DNA of 50,833 bases from Tortispora ganteri (lineage: Eukaryota). How positions within the stretch are numbered: the first letter of the stretch is position 1; each line of letters begins with the position of its first letter. Under the pieces are notes generated by a model. The model saw only the letters and a list, made by a program, of their open reading frames with translations. It was not told the DNA's origin and did not search any database. Shown here one piece after another: positions 22,253 through 31,952 of the stretch. The position numbers were made by a program, and so were the translations under genes. Where the stretch lies: contig PPNB01000025.1 of NCBI GenBank assembly GCA_003707115.1, positions 62,001 through 112,833 on the forward strand, in the 5' to 3' direction.

Positions 22253-22923
22253 ATGATACATGCCGTTTTAATATGTACGTTAATTTACGACCATGATAGA
22301 CTTAATCCTCATATGAGAGTATAGTGCATTGTCTTCCAGCATACTAACCAGTACAGTCAACAACGCAGGGCTGCCTCGATTGACCAAGTTCTACATTCCG
22401 GTGGTAAGTAATTACGATAGAAGCACCTGCAGTGAGTAATCTAACACTTTAATAGGACCTGGTTACTCAAAAGAAGCTTGTAGAAGAAATTCACGAGCTG
22501 GTATCCAAGCGACCCGCGTCGCATTGCAATTTCTTGACGCCGCCATCACTATTGGATGACCTGGACGATATCAGAGTAATCTATCGTCATTATGCGACAT
22601 TGTACTTTGTGTTCGTAGTGGATACGCAAGAAAGCGAACTGGGAATTCTCGATTTAATACAGGTATTTGTTGAGTCGCTGGATCACTGCTTTGAGAATGT
22701 ATGTGAACTAGACCTCGTTTTTGGATGGGAAGTTCTACAGATTGTACTAGGTGAAATAGTGCAGGGTGGTATGGTGGTCGAGACAAATATACAGGATATA
22801 GTCGCGTGCGTCGACGAGGCAAACAGGCAGAAAAGCAGTGGACTTTCGCTTGTCGGATCTGCGAATGCTATATCGGCGCTCGCTGAAGAGGGCAGGAATT
22901 GGGCGCGCGGGCTAGGTAGGTGA
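22253..22923 (+). CDS. APS3: AP-3 adaptor sigma subunit; exons 22253-22274, 22357-22403 and 22456-22923
   Basis: The spliced product MIHAVLIFNNAGLPRLTKFYIPVDL...CNFL...IYRHYATLYFVFVVD.QESELGILDLIQVFVE.LD.CF.NVCELDL is canonical sigma-3. Confidence 0.93.
22275..22356 (+). other. APS3 intron 1 (82 nt)
   Basis: GTACGT ... TACTAAC (22342-22348) ... CAG. The second AG after the branch point restores LIFNN. Confidence 0.88.
22404..22455 (+). other. APS3 intron 2 (52 nt)
   Basis: GTAAGT ... CTAAC (22441-22445) ... TAG. Phase 0, and splicing restores the frame. Confidence 0.88.
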
Positions 22924-23433
22924 GCTATATGACCATTCCTCGGTATTTGTGCTAATCGCAATAGCAGCATGTACACACCACTCTGGCATCTCTCTGGTGA
23001 CTGTGAAATATTTACACTAACGATACACTGTTAAACATAGTGAGTTATCTAGGCAGTGACAGCAATTGCAGCTTAGCCAATTGCACATACTGCGAGTGCT
23101 GCGATCCTATACCAGACCAGCGATGCAAATGTCTATCTGTGGGTTTGGGAAAAAAGAAAGAAATATAGTTTACTCATCAGAAGGCGGAAGACAGAAGACG
23201 GAATCATGAAAATGCCGGATCACAGATTTTTGAGCATTTTTTTGCCTATTTTTCCATTTTGTTTCTCTGTACATACACTTGTGCATCTCTTCGAGATGTG
23301 TATTTAACGTTTCGGCCAATAACGTAAAGTATAACTTATCAATCTGCTGAATACACCTTAACCTTAACCAATTTCACCATTTTTCTGTTAGGAGATCCCA
23401 TCAACCAATAAACCACCCGAGATCTATCTGAGG

Positions 23434-25269
23434 ATGAACGTATTACAGAGAAATTCTGCGTCTTCTATATCATTGTTCGATATACAGTAAGTACAGACAG
23501 CTCCTTTAGGTTTGCCCGATGGCATAAATGCTCTTTGAAAGACGAAAATAACTAACAACTACTTAAGAATAGATTCATCAGATCGTGACGTCGTTGTACT
23601 CAGGGGCACCCCAACAGAGTCCGCAGGATACCATCTGAATGGTCGGCTGAGATTAATTACTTCAGAATCTTGTTCTGTGCGTAGGATAACGTTAAGAATG
23701 TACGGAACTGTACGGATAAACTGGAGCGAGACCCTTTCGAGTGCGAAAGGTGTTTCAAATTCTAAACTGGCCAAGTTTGAGTCAGTAGTATTCGAGAAGG
23801 AATGGTCATTTCTTGACTGGGCAAATTCCAAAAATGTCTTGCATACATTAAGTGCTGGTAGCTATGAATACCCTTTCGACACAATAATACCTGGATCAAT
23901 ACCAGAATCAGTGGAAGGCCTTGATTCGGCTATTGTAATATACAAAATGAAAGCCACCCTAGAGAGAGGCAGATTCTCCAACAATATCGTCAGAAAGAAA
24001 ATCGTGCATATAGTGAGAACATTGGCACCTGATTCTATTGAACTTTTAGAGACTGTCTCAATAGACAACACATGGCCGGACAAAATAGAGTATTCGATCA
24101 GCATCCCTTCGAAGGCTGTGCCTATTGGCTCTGCAGTTCCTATTAACATAAACATGTCGCCTCTCCTGAAAGGATTGAAATTGGGCAGCATAATTATTGT
24201 ACTCAAAGAGTATGAACATTTCAAGTGCGGCGAACTATGTACTAGCAACATTAAGTCAGTTGCTCATTCCTCTAATCCTCCCCCTCCAGAGAACGAACTA
24301 GGCGACGATTCTTGGTCTTTTAAGCTGATGTTCCAGATACCTACAAGCCTAGCTAAAGTTGTACAGGATTGCGATATTAAGCAGGGCTTGATTAGAATTC
24401 GCCACAAGCTCAAATTTGCCATCTCTCTGCACAACCCGGATGGCCATGTTTCTGAGCTGCGCGCTTCTTTACCTATAACTCTGTTTATCTCTCCCAATAT
24501 TCCTGTCACGATACCTTCCACGAGCACAGTTCCAGAGCATCTCTTTTCTCCTGTAAACTATGTTATTGGTGATGATATCCACACAAATGTCCCTCCAAGC
24601 TATGCCGCACACATATACGACCGACTGTGGGACGACATACCGAACAACCAATTACTGGAAACTCCTGTGGCCTCTGGTGCTAACACTCCAAGTCTGAGGT
24701 CGAGGCGTAATTCTAACGACGCAGTTGAGCATCTAGGATCGTTCGGGTCAGTAGGGTCAATGGCTTCACATGACGCAGCTGATCCTTCGCAGCAACAACT
24801 TGCTGCTGGATTGCGACATGCATTGGAAATGCAGCAAGCTCGTGAACCTCACAGCAGAACTTCTCGATCAACATCGGGCGCTACTACACCAAGATTTGGA
24901 TATCACCACGGATCGATATCTGGTTCTCTTCATGACGATGCATTTTTTAATACAGTTGATCACAGTCATTTTTCATACACGCACACTCCTTCTTTGTACA
25001 CACCAGCGATGTCACCCTCGTTAGGGTCTCCTGCCGCCGACTCGCAGGACGAATACGACCTTGATGCGTTATCTAGAGTTCCCTCGTACACAACAGCTAT
25101 CAGATCGCAACCGCTGTTATCTGGAGATCCATTCACTGTTCCCGATTACGACTCGGCAGTATCTGAAGTCATCGCTCGCATGAACCGTCTCACTGATAAT
25201 AACCAACAGATTTCAGGAGGCGTCTCTCCCCATGGAACAGGAGACTCGGATGCTCCCCGTAGCAGCTGA
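23434..25269 (+). CDS. ROD1: Alpha-arrestin Rod1/Rog3/CreD-like ubiquitin-ligase adaptor; exons 23434-23486 and 23568-25269
   Basis: Spliced N-terminus SLFDIQID..DVVVLRG, then G.YEYPF...PGSIPESVEGL, DNTWP.K.EYSIS.P.KA and LHNPDGH.SELRA.LP. PY-type motifs PPSY, VPSY and VPDY are present. Confidence 0.88.
23487..23567 (+). other. ROD1/creD intron (81 nt) with an AAG acceptor
   Basis: GTAAGT at 23487 and ACTAAC at 23551-23556. Only the AAG ending at 23567 keeps the reading frame. Confidence 0.8.
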
Positions 25270-25985
25270 TTAGTTTTGGTTTGGCACTATAGACTAAAAC
25301 TATTAATCGTTCCCTCTTTTCGAATTATTGGCATGCACCGTGGTTTTAGTCTCTTCAAGCTTATTCTTATTAAAGTTTGGAATATAGTTCGTGCAAACAT
25401 TGACCGATTAGGTAAACGTAACCTTATCAGATCGCTAAGATGGGCACGTTAAGATGTATAGGCACGCACAACCTAGGTAGTACGCTTTGCAAATTAGTAA
25501 TTTCATAATATTTTCAATGCCTGCTGGCTGCATTGGTTAGATATCAAGCTATAAGCGGCGCGCAATGCGTATTTCTTGGCGTTTTTTGTCAGGCATAATC
25601 GCATGCGCCACGGTTATGTATCTCCCAAGCCCTCCACTATCTACGCTCTCCCACCCCTCTACTATAAGTTGACTAATCCCCTCTTCTCAGACGACCCACC
25701 ATAACATTTCTATTTGGCTAAATATAGAGACAATTAGTCCATTTTAAGCAATTGTGGCTGTTTAGCGAACTTGTTCATAAACACATATAATACTTTTGTA
25801 CGTGACCGTATTTGTGCAACTACGTAATGGTGCGTCAACGTGATCGGATGTCGCCGCTTAACCTGTCGGCTCGTTCGAATGCATTGTTGTTCTCTCGTGC
25901 AGACAAATATGGTCTACCGCGCCCAACGCAACATTTAGACAATTACTATAAGCTTGATAATGTTGTCAAATGCCGTGGGCGGACT

Positions 25986-27395
25986 ATGAACGAGCGCCCT
26001 CGCAGCGGATCGTCCAGGAGGAAGCTGCACAAACGACCTAGTAGGCACTACGACGGAGGCTATTATGGCTACATTCTTACAGGTAACGAATTCAAGCTCT
26101 CTACGACTCCTTCTATGACTTTATGTGAAACAGTAGTACCGCGAGTCCAAATCGAGGTGCCTCCCGCTGTTGACTTATCAGGGACGAGAGATCTCTCTAA
26201 TTTCGACGACTCAAGTATTCACATATCGGATTCAGAATCAGAAGTTAGCTTTGGCGCTATTGATATGAAAACTGAAATATCCTTAACTGGGAAACAATCT
26301 CGTGCCTCCTCCATCAGATCGTTGCCTTCAACTTGCTCCATACGCTCTTTCGTTGAATCTGTCGACCCTCCCGTCAAGGCCAGAAGTAAAACTCCGCTCA
26401 TATCTTCTCTCATCATTGTCAAAAAGCAGATTCCATTGGATACTCTGCCCATTGAAGTGTTAAGCTTGGTATGCTCTTATTTAGATCAGCCGGATCTCTA
26501 CAAGGTTTCCCTATTGTCACGAAGAATTGCCATTGCAGCTACCCCGCATTTATATGCTGCACCAGTGTTTCTATCGTCATACCGGTTTGCTCAATTCACA
26601 TCTATAGTTTCGCGCGATTCGAGACTTGCATCATATGTGCGTAGCCTCGATCTGCCCATAATGTTTTCTGAGGAGTCCGAAATAAGACTCCAGCGTGGGT
26701 TTGGCAAACCTAAAGGGTCTGCCAAGAACTACTTTGCTACTTGGAGAGACTGGAAGTATCGTACCGATCCTCTCTACATGCCAAGAAGAAATACAAGCAG
26801 CCTCACCATTAAGAATGCTATGCAATACAGAGAGAAATCTCGGAATTCATCGCTGAGGTCACAGTACCCTAAAACTGAGGAACGGTTGGCCATGTCCGCG
26901 ACCAACGGTTCGCACCCGCTACAGTCTGCTCTGTTTAGTAGATATTCTAAGTGCAAAGATGCACCAATTGGAGCGATATTGCAATTATTACTTGTTTGCA
27001 AGAATCTCAGGAGCATTGATCTATCAAATGTTCCGCTTGCCTTTGATTACAAGATTACATCCAAGTATCTTTCTAATTACACTGACATTCCAACCTCTGG
27101 AAACTTATTTGTATCCGAAATACCTAAAGCATACACTTTCAAAGATGACGAAATAATACGCGTGCGGGAACAGGAAATTATATTGGCAATGTGCCATCTG
27201 AAACACTTGCAAGTAGTTAACATGCGTGGAGTGGTGTGGGTATCGGAAGACATGATCAAACTCCTATTTCACCGTGCTGCATCTTTGCAGTATATTTCGC
27301 TAATTGGCAGTGGGATGTCACGAAATCTCCCTTGGGCTGTTTCTGGAAATGTCCGAGATTTAAAAGCCATGTTTAGTGAATCCGAAGACGAGTAA
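25986..27395 (+). CDS. COS111: F-box protein, Cos111-like; start uncertain (in-frame ATGs also at 25827 and 25848)
   Basis: F-box LDTLPIEVLSLVCSYL, followed by F.SSYRFAQF and A.WRDW.YR.DPLY, with an LRR-like C-terminus. Confidence 0.75.
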   Translation: MNERPRSGSSRRKLHKRPSRHYDGGYYGYILTGNEFKLSTTPSMTLCETVVPRVQIEVPPAVDLSGTRDLSNFDDSSIHISDSESEVSFGAIDMKTEISLTGKQSRASSIRSLPSTCSIRSFVESVDPPVKARSKTPLISSLIIVKKQIPLDTLPIEVLSLVCSYLDQPDLYKVSLLSRRIAIAATPHLYAAPVFLSSYRFAQFTSIVSRDSRLASYVRSLDLPIMFSEESEIRLQRGFGKPKGSAKNYFATWRDWKYRTDPLYMPRRNTSSLTIKNAMQYREKSRNSSLRSQYPKTEERLAMSATNGSHPLQSALFSRYSKCKDAPIGAILQLLLVCKNLRSIDLSNVPLAFDYKITSKYLSNYTDIPTSGNLFVSEIPKAYTFKDDEIIRVREQEIILAMCHLKHLQVVNMRGVVWVSEDMIKLLFHRAASLQYISLIGSGMSRNLPWAVSGNVRDLKAMFSESEDE

Positions 27396-28381
27396 CTTAA
27401 AAACGTGATACCGAAAGCGCAGCAAATGCTCACCGGATTGGCCACATTATTGTACAGACTTTTCTATTCAGATAAAGTGCTGGAAATACAACGGCGATCT
27501 CCTTTCGAGACACGGACCCTGTTTCTTGTTTCAATAGGAATGAAAATTGAGAGGTTTAAGTGTTGTTTATAGCGCATTCATTCTTATTTTAGAATTAAGG
27601 TTCTTTCGTTCGGACTATATTCATGTCATATCAAACAAATGAGGGAAGCAATTTATAGTTAGTTTCCGATTATGTGAAAGCCCTCAACAGGTAAAAGCGA
27701 AAGGTTCGAACTTAGTTACTTATATTGGTTTTCCTTTTTCCCCAGCAGTTCGTAAAGTAGGAGTTTGAAAGGAAAGGGCATCGGCGATTTTCGCAATGGT
27801 AGCATAAAGTCACAGCGATACTCGCTACACGATCAGATTCTCGTTAAACGTACATTGTCACTGTTGCAAGTTTTTATTGGCTGTCGACATATGCATGGCA
27901 CAGTTGCACAGACATGTGGTGTAAGGGCCTACCTGTTTGGACGGTTAGGCATTGTTATGAACTTTATTCGCATCCCATTAAGAGACTGAATTTAAATGGG
28001 CTGTGCTAAGAAAATGTGCAAAATAATTTTACGCGGTATCCCGGTATTGAACCAGCCTAGAACAATAAGTCATGAAAGAAGTATTTGAGTATGAATAATT
28101 AGCAAGTAAATTTCGTATATTAGGATCCAATATTTTTGCGTACGACGAGCAGGATGCTGAAGACGTAAATTCGAAACGAGTGTGCGCCAAGCTATGAAAA
28201 GCAGCTGGGGAAGAAAGTTCAAAAAAAAAAAAAAGACTAACCTTAAAAATTTACAGAAGTACTTCAAGCAATTTTAAGGGGTAGAGTAGATAAACCTCAT
28301 AGACCGACGCATTGCTGTAATTTTTTTTTCCTTGCATTTCCTGTAGAATAGTGCTTTTAGCCGCTGAACTCGCGAAACACG

Positions 28382-29713
28382 ATGTCAGAACAGATAGGGA
28401 AACATTTTTTTGTAATATCTGCAGTTGCTGCTTGCCTAATGCTGCATCAAATCACAGACAAAGTCCCCGATCCATACCTGGACGAAATCTTTCATGTACC
28501 GCAGGCTCAGCGCTACATTAGTGGAGACTATACCTGGGATTCGAAAATCACTACACCTCCCGGTCTTTACATACTAGCGGAATATGTGTTGAAAAGTGTG
28601 AACTTATTCGCCAACGTCGAGCCTTCAGTAGCCGTTTTGCGAGGCATAAATACATTCGGCTTGGCTGCAGTTCTGCCTTGGGTTCTCTACGGCTTATCAA
28701 AAGAGCAGGCGCATTCTATTTCCCTGTTTCCAGTTTTGTATTTTTTTGGATTTTTGTTCTATACAGACATTTGGAGTTCTATATTCATCCTTGCTGCATT
28801 GTACTTCTCTCGGTCACAACGTCATATACTGGCTGCTATAACCGGTTTTATTAGCGTCTGGTTTCGCCAAACCAACATCATCTGGCTATTAGAATTTATG
28901 GCATGCGCATTAATTGACAAACTGTGGATAATGTGGCCGGATTTAACTAATACCAGTAAAAAGCGACAAATTGCTGTTCTTTGGCGTCATATAAAGGCTG
29001 CCTCTTTCCACGATTTGGTCCGCCTCGCAGCTGCTATCTCTTGGGCATATTCTCTTGTCGCTGCAGCTTTTGGGTACTTCGTCTACCTTAACGGCGGCAT
29101 AGTTTTGGGCGACAAATCAAATCACATGCCTTCTGTACACGTCGCTCAATTACTTTACTGCACTGTGTTCATCGCCGCATTCAGTTGGCCTTTATGGCTA
29201 TCCCTTAAAACACCCCTACGCTTCCTCCACATCATTTACCAAAAACCATTGGTATTCTGCATCGTTGCCATATCATTCTTCCTGATAATAAAATACACAA
29301 CTATAGAACACCCGTTCCTTCTGGCTGATAATCGCCATTATACTTTCTATCTCTGGAGAAGACTCATAAAAATCAATGATATAGCTAGGTATCTGGCTAT
29401 ACCTGTCTATTACTTTTCCATTTGGATCATCCTAAAATCGCTCGGAGGCTCACGAACTCAGAATTTGTTGACTATATTAGTATTTATTGGTGCTACAGCA
29501 ACTGTGCTTATTCCTACTCCGCTCATTGAATTCCGATATTATATTATTCCCTATTTGGTCTGGAGAGTAAGAATTGCTCGCCCTGAGTCAGCAAGACTCA
29601 TAGCCGAAGGCATCTGGTATGTTGTGGTCAATATAATCGTGTTCTATATTTTCCTTACCATGGATTTCGAATGGCCCTCTGAACCAGGGAAAGCTCAAAG
29701 ATTTATGTGGTAA
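28382..29713 (+). CDS. ALG10: Dol-P-Glc alpha-1,2-glucosyltransferase Alg10/Die2
   Basis: Motifs PYLDEIFHVPQAQ.Y, WD.KITTPPGLY, FRQTNIIW, NGGIVLGDKSNH, HPFLLADNRHYTFY.W and C-terminal QRFMW. Confidence 0.96.
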   Translation: MSEQIGKHFFVISAVAACLMLHQITDKVPDPYLDEIFHVPQAQRYISGDYTWDSKITTPPGLYILAEYVLKSVNLFANVEPSVAVLRGINTFGLAAVLPWVLYGLSKEQAHSISLFPVLYFFGFLFYTDIWSSIFILAALYFSRSQRHILAAITGFISVWFRQTNIIWLLEFMACALIDKLWIMWPDLTNTSKKRQIAVLWRHIKAASFHDLVRLAAAISWAYSLVAAAFGYFVYLNGGIVLGDKSNHMPSVHVAQLLYCTVFIAAFSWPLWLSLKTPLRFLHIIYQKPLVFCIVAISFFLIIKYTTIEHPFLLADNRHYTFYLWRRLIKINDIARYLAIPVYYFSIWIILKSLGGSRTQNLLTILVFIGATATVLIPTPLIEFRYYIIPYLVWRVRIARPESARLIAEGIWYVVVNIIVFYIFLTMDFEWPSEPGKAQRFMW

Positions 29714-29828
29714 GGACTTTCTTTGTCTTTTATAATCTCATCAAACAAAACGCAACGCATCTCTCATATCCCTTAATGTATTATATTTGTCATATTAGCT
29801 AATTAATGTTAATGGAAATATTCTTTCA

Positions 29829-30650
29829 TCATTCGTAGCCATGTACACTATCTTCTGAGAAGCTTTCCAGACTCGATCCGTCATCATCATCATCTTCTTC
29901 AGACGATGATTCAACGCCAACTACCGGGAAGGTTTCTTCTATGTGCTTTTGTCTTTCTTCAAATGGAAGATGTATCCAAGGATCTCCAGTATCTGAGACA
30001 GAAGGCGCTAAATGTGCACCGTACTTGAACGCCAAATTAAGAAATTTCTCTCTCTTCTTAAGATCAGGCTCTATTAGTGCTCTGTAGGCGTAAAACATAC
30101 CGTCAGTGTTACAAGGGTGGTGTCTGAGCAGCTGATCTATTCTCTGCCGTGCTAGTTCGAAATGACCATGGAGTATTAGCGATTTAACAAGCTCATGCAA
30201 TAAAAATTGTAGTTTAGGATGCACATCACTGGAAATAGCCAACTCTTGCGGCGGAATTTTCTTAGTCTTCTCGCCCTGTGATCTAATCAACCACTCAATC
30301 ATCTCCAAATCAGCCTCAGAGTACTTAAATGTAGCATTGTAGTTGCTTCCGTCCAACATTCTGCCTATAAGCATCTCGTTCAAAAAGTTCCAGCAATCTC
30401 TGATATCACCAGGATACGTTCGCACTAGTATTTTAGCAACTCTCCACGCGCGTATGCGATCATTCTCGCACAGCGCTCTCATCATAAGAAGTCCCAGAAC
30501 CGTTGTGCTAGTGTGTTTGTAAAAGTTTGTATTCTCGAGTCGGTCTATGCTGTTAAACAGCCTGATCTTGCTAAATGGAGGAACATACACAATGCCTTTC
30601 CTTAACACCTGCCGGTCTTTGTTCTTGATTCGTTTAGCATGCGTCTCCAT
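29829..30650 (-). CDS. Probable RNA polymerase I core factor subunit (Rrn11/TAF1A-like); start uncertain
   Basis: L..L...AL...D..RAWR...IL.R and A..RI..L....P...D......AL resemble the Rrn11 TPR-like motifs. Acidic tail. Confidence 0.55.
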   Translation of the reverse strand: METHAKRIKNKDRQVLRKGIVYVPPFSKIRLFNSIDRLENTNFYKHTSTTVLGLLMMRALCENDRIRAWRVAKILVRTYPGDIRDCWNFLNEMLIGRMLDGSNYNATFKYSEADLEMIEWLIRSQGEKTKKIPPQELAISSDVHPKLQFLLHELVKSLILHGHFELARQRIDQLLRHHPCNTDGMFYAYRALIEPDLKKREKFLNLAFKYGAHLAPSVSDTGDPWIHLPFEERQKHIEETFPVVGVESSSEEDDDDDGSSLESFSEDSVHGYE

Positions 30651-30828
30651 CAAAGACAATCAGTTTCCTGGCCGCCATATGTCTCTTGATCACGTCCCAA
30701 AAGGACGAAATTGACAAAATGTTGGCATAGCAACAGCATACTCACAAGGTCTAATGACCGCTAGATAGTCTGATCCCTGTCTTTCTTTCACAGTCATTAA
30801 ACCTTTGTGGATAATCTTGCGAACAGAA

Positions 30829-31728
30829 ATGGAACAATTGAATAAATCTCTACAAGGATTACAAGGTCTTGGTCAACAATTTACTCCTTTTGCTAAACGC
30901 ACAGCGCGTTTGGTGCAGGAACGACTTGGAAAAGCAGATGACGTTACAGAACTTCCTCAAGAGTACTTAGAACTCGAAAAGCGTGTAGACGCTCTCAAAG
31001 AGGCTCACGTCAAGCTCCTAGAGGTTACACGCACTTACGAGAATGAATCTTACGATTACCCTGCGCACCTGAAGGAAAGTGTTGTAGATTTGTCGAAAGA
31101 CTTCCGTGAGAAACTGCAAGGTGTAGTCCAAGCAAGTACTGCGGCTGAAGCACAAGCCGCCGTGTTGAGGACTGCCAGCGATAAAGCACCTAAGACTCTG
31201 AGCCATGCTTTAGCCAGAGCCGCTTTGTCCAGTTCTCAGAATCTTCCTGAAGATGATGTGCTCGGAAATGCTTTGAATAAGTTTGCTACCGTTGAATCGC
31301 AACTGGGCGACTTGCGTCTTAAGCAAGATCAAGCTATACAGGCTCACTTTAATGCAAGTATCAACACTACCCTTAGTACTTCTCTTCAATTTGCTACAAA
31401 GGCAAGAAGAAATGTCACTAAGGCGCGTCTAGACCTGGACACTGCCAAAATGTCTCTCAAGAACGCTAAACCCGATAAACAAGAAGCACTTGCTCTCGAG
31501 GTTGAACAAGCAGAGGACGATTTTGTTGCTGCTACAGAAGAGGCAGTGTCGGTGATGAAGAACTTCTTAGAAACTCCTGAAACAGTCCGTCTTCTTACTG
31601 AACTCGTCAATGCGCAATTGGAGTATCATAAATCTTCGGCCCAAGCTCTCGAGGGCCTCTTGCCTGACCTTGAGAAACTTAGAATGGAACAGGAGTCTGC
31701 TTACCGTGCTAGCCGTGATGCTGCATAG
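30829..31728 (+). CDS. GVP36: BAR domain protein Gvp36
   Basis: Motifs QERLG.A.DVTELPQEYLELEKRVDAL, YENESYDYP, PKTL.HAL.RAA and VE.AEDDFV.ATEEAV..MK. Confidence 0.92.
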   Translation: MEQLNKSLQGLQGLGQQFTPFAKRTARLVQERLGKADDVTELPQEYLELEKRVDALKEAHVKLLEVTRTYENESYDYPAHLKESVVDLSKDFREKLQGVVQASTAAEAQAAVLRTASDKAPKTLSHALARAALSSSQNLPEDDVLGNALNKFATVESQLGDLRLKQDQAIQAHFNASINTTLSTSLQFATKARRNVTKARLDLDTAKMSLKNAKPDKQEALALEVEQAEDDFVAATEEAVSVMKNFLETPETVRLLTELVNAQLEYHKSSAQALEGLLPDLEKLRMEQESAYRASRDAA

Positions 31729-31952
31729 ACTTGAATATTTTGTTTAGCCAGTTCATGGCCTATTCTTAGCATACAAACTCGGAAACGACTCTGGGGGGTT
31801 TTTTGCTTGATTTTAAAAGACCTTTCATATTGTGCAGCGCGTCTTTTTTTTCTCTAACATCTACATAAGCCACAACACTTCTACGTAATCAATTTGGAAC
31901 GTTCGATTTTAATTTTCATTTTCAGTTAATCTTCACTCGTCCGCATTGCCAA

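Noticed and set aside
22156..22253. Stop-codon readthrough fusion of creC into APS3
   Set aside because: The 97 nt gap puts the two genes out of frame.
25798..25902. Possible 5' UTR intron of COS111 (GTACGT ... CAG)
   Set aside because: Only a weak, distant CTTAAC branch candidate, so it cannot be supported without RNA data.
27536..27546. snR30/U17 m1-like ATTCCTA on the minus strand
   Set aside because: No downstream m2 (AAACCAT) and no properly placed ACA box.
27689..27711. U5 loop-like GCTTTTACC (minus strand) and B-box-like GGTTCGAAC (plus strand)
   Set aside because: The loop lacks the invariant GCCTTTTAC and a closing stem, and there is no tRNA cloverleaf or A box.
30616..30797. Possible upstream exon and GTGAGT intron for the Rrn11-like gene
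   Set aside because: Weak branch point and AAG acceptor, and it would place the ATG only ~31 bp from the divergent GVP36 start.
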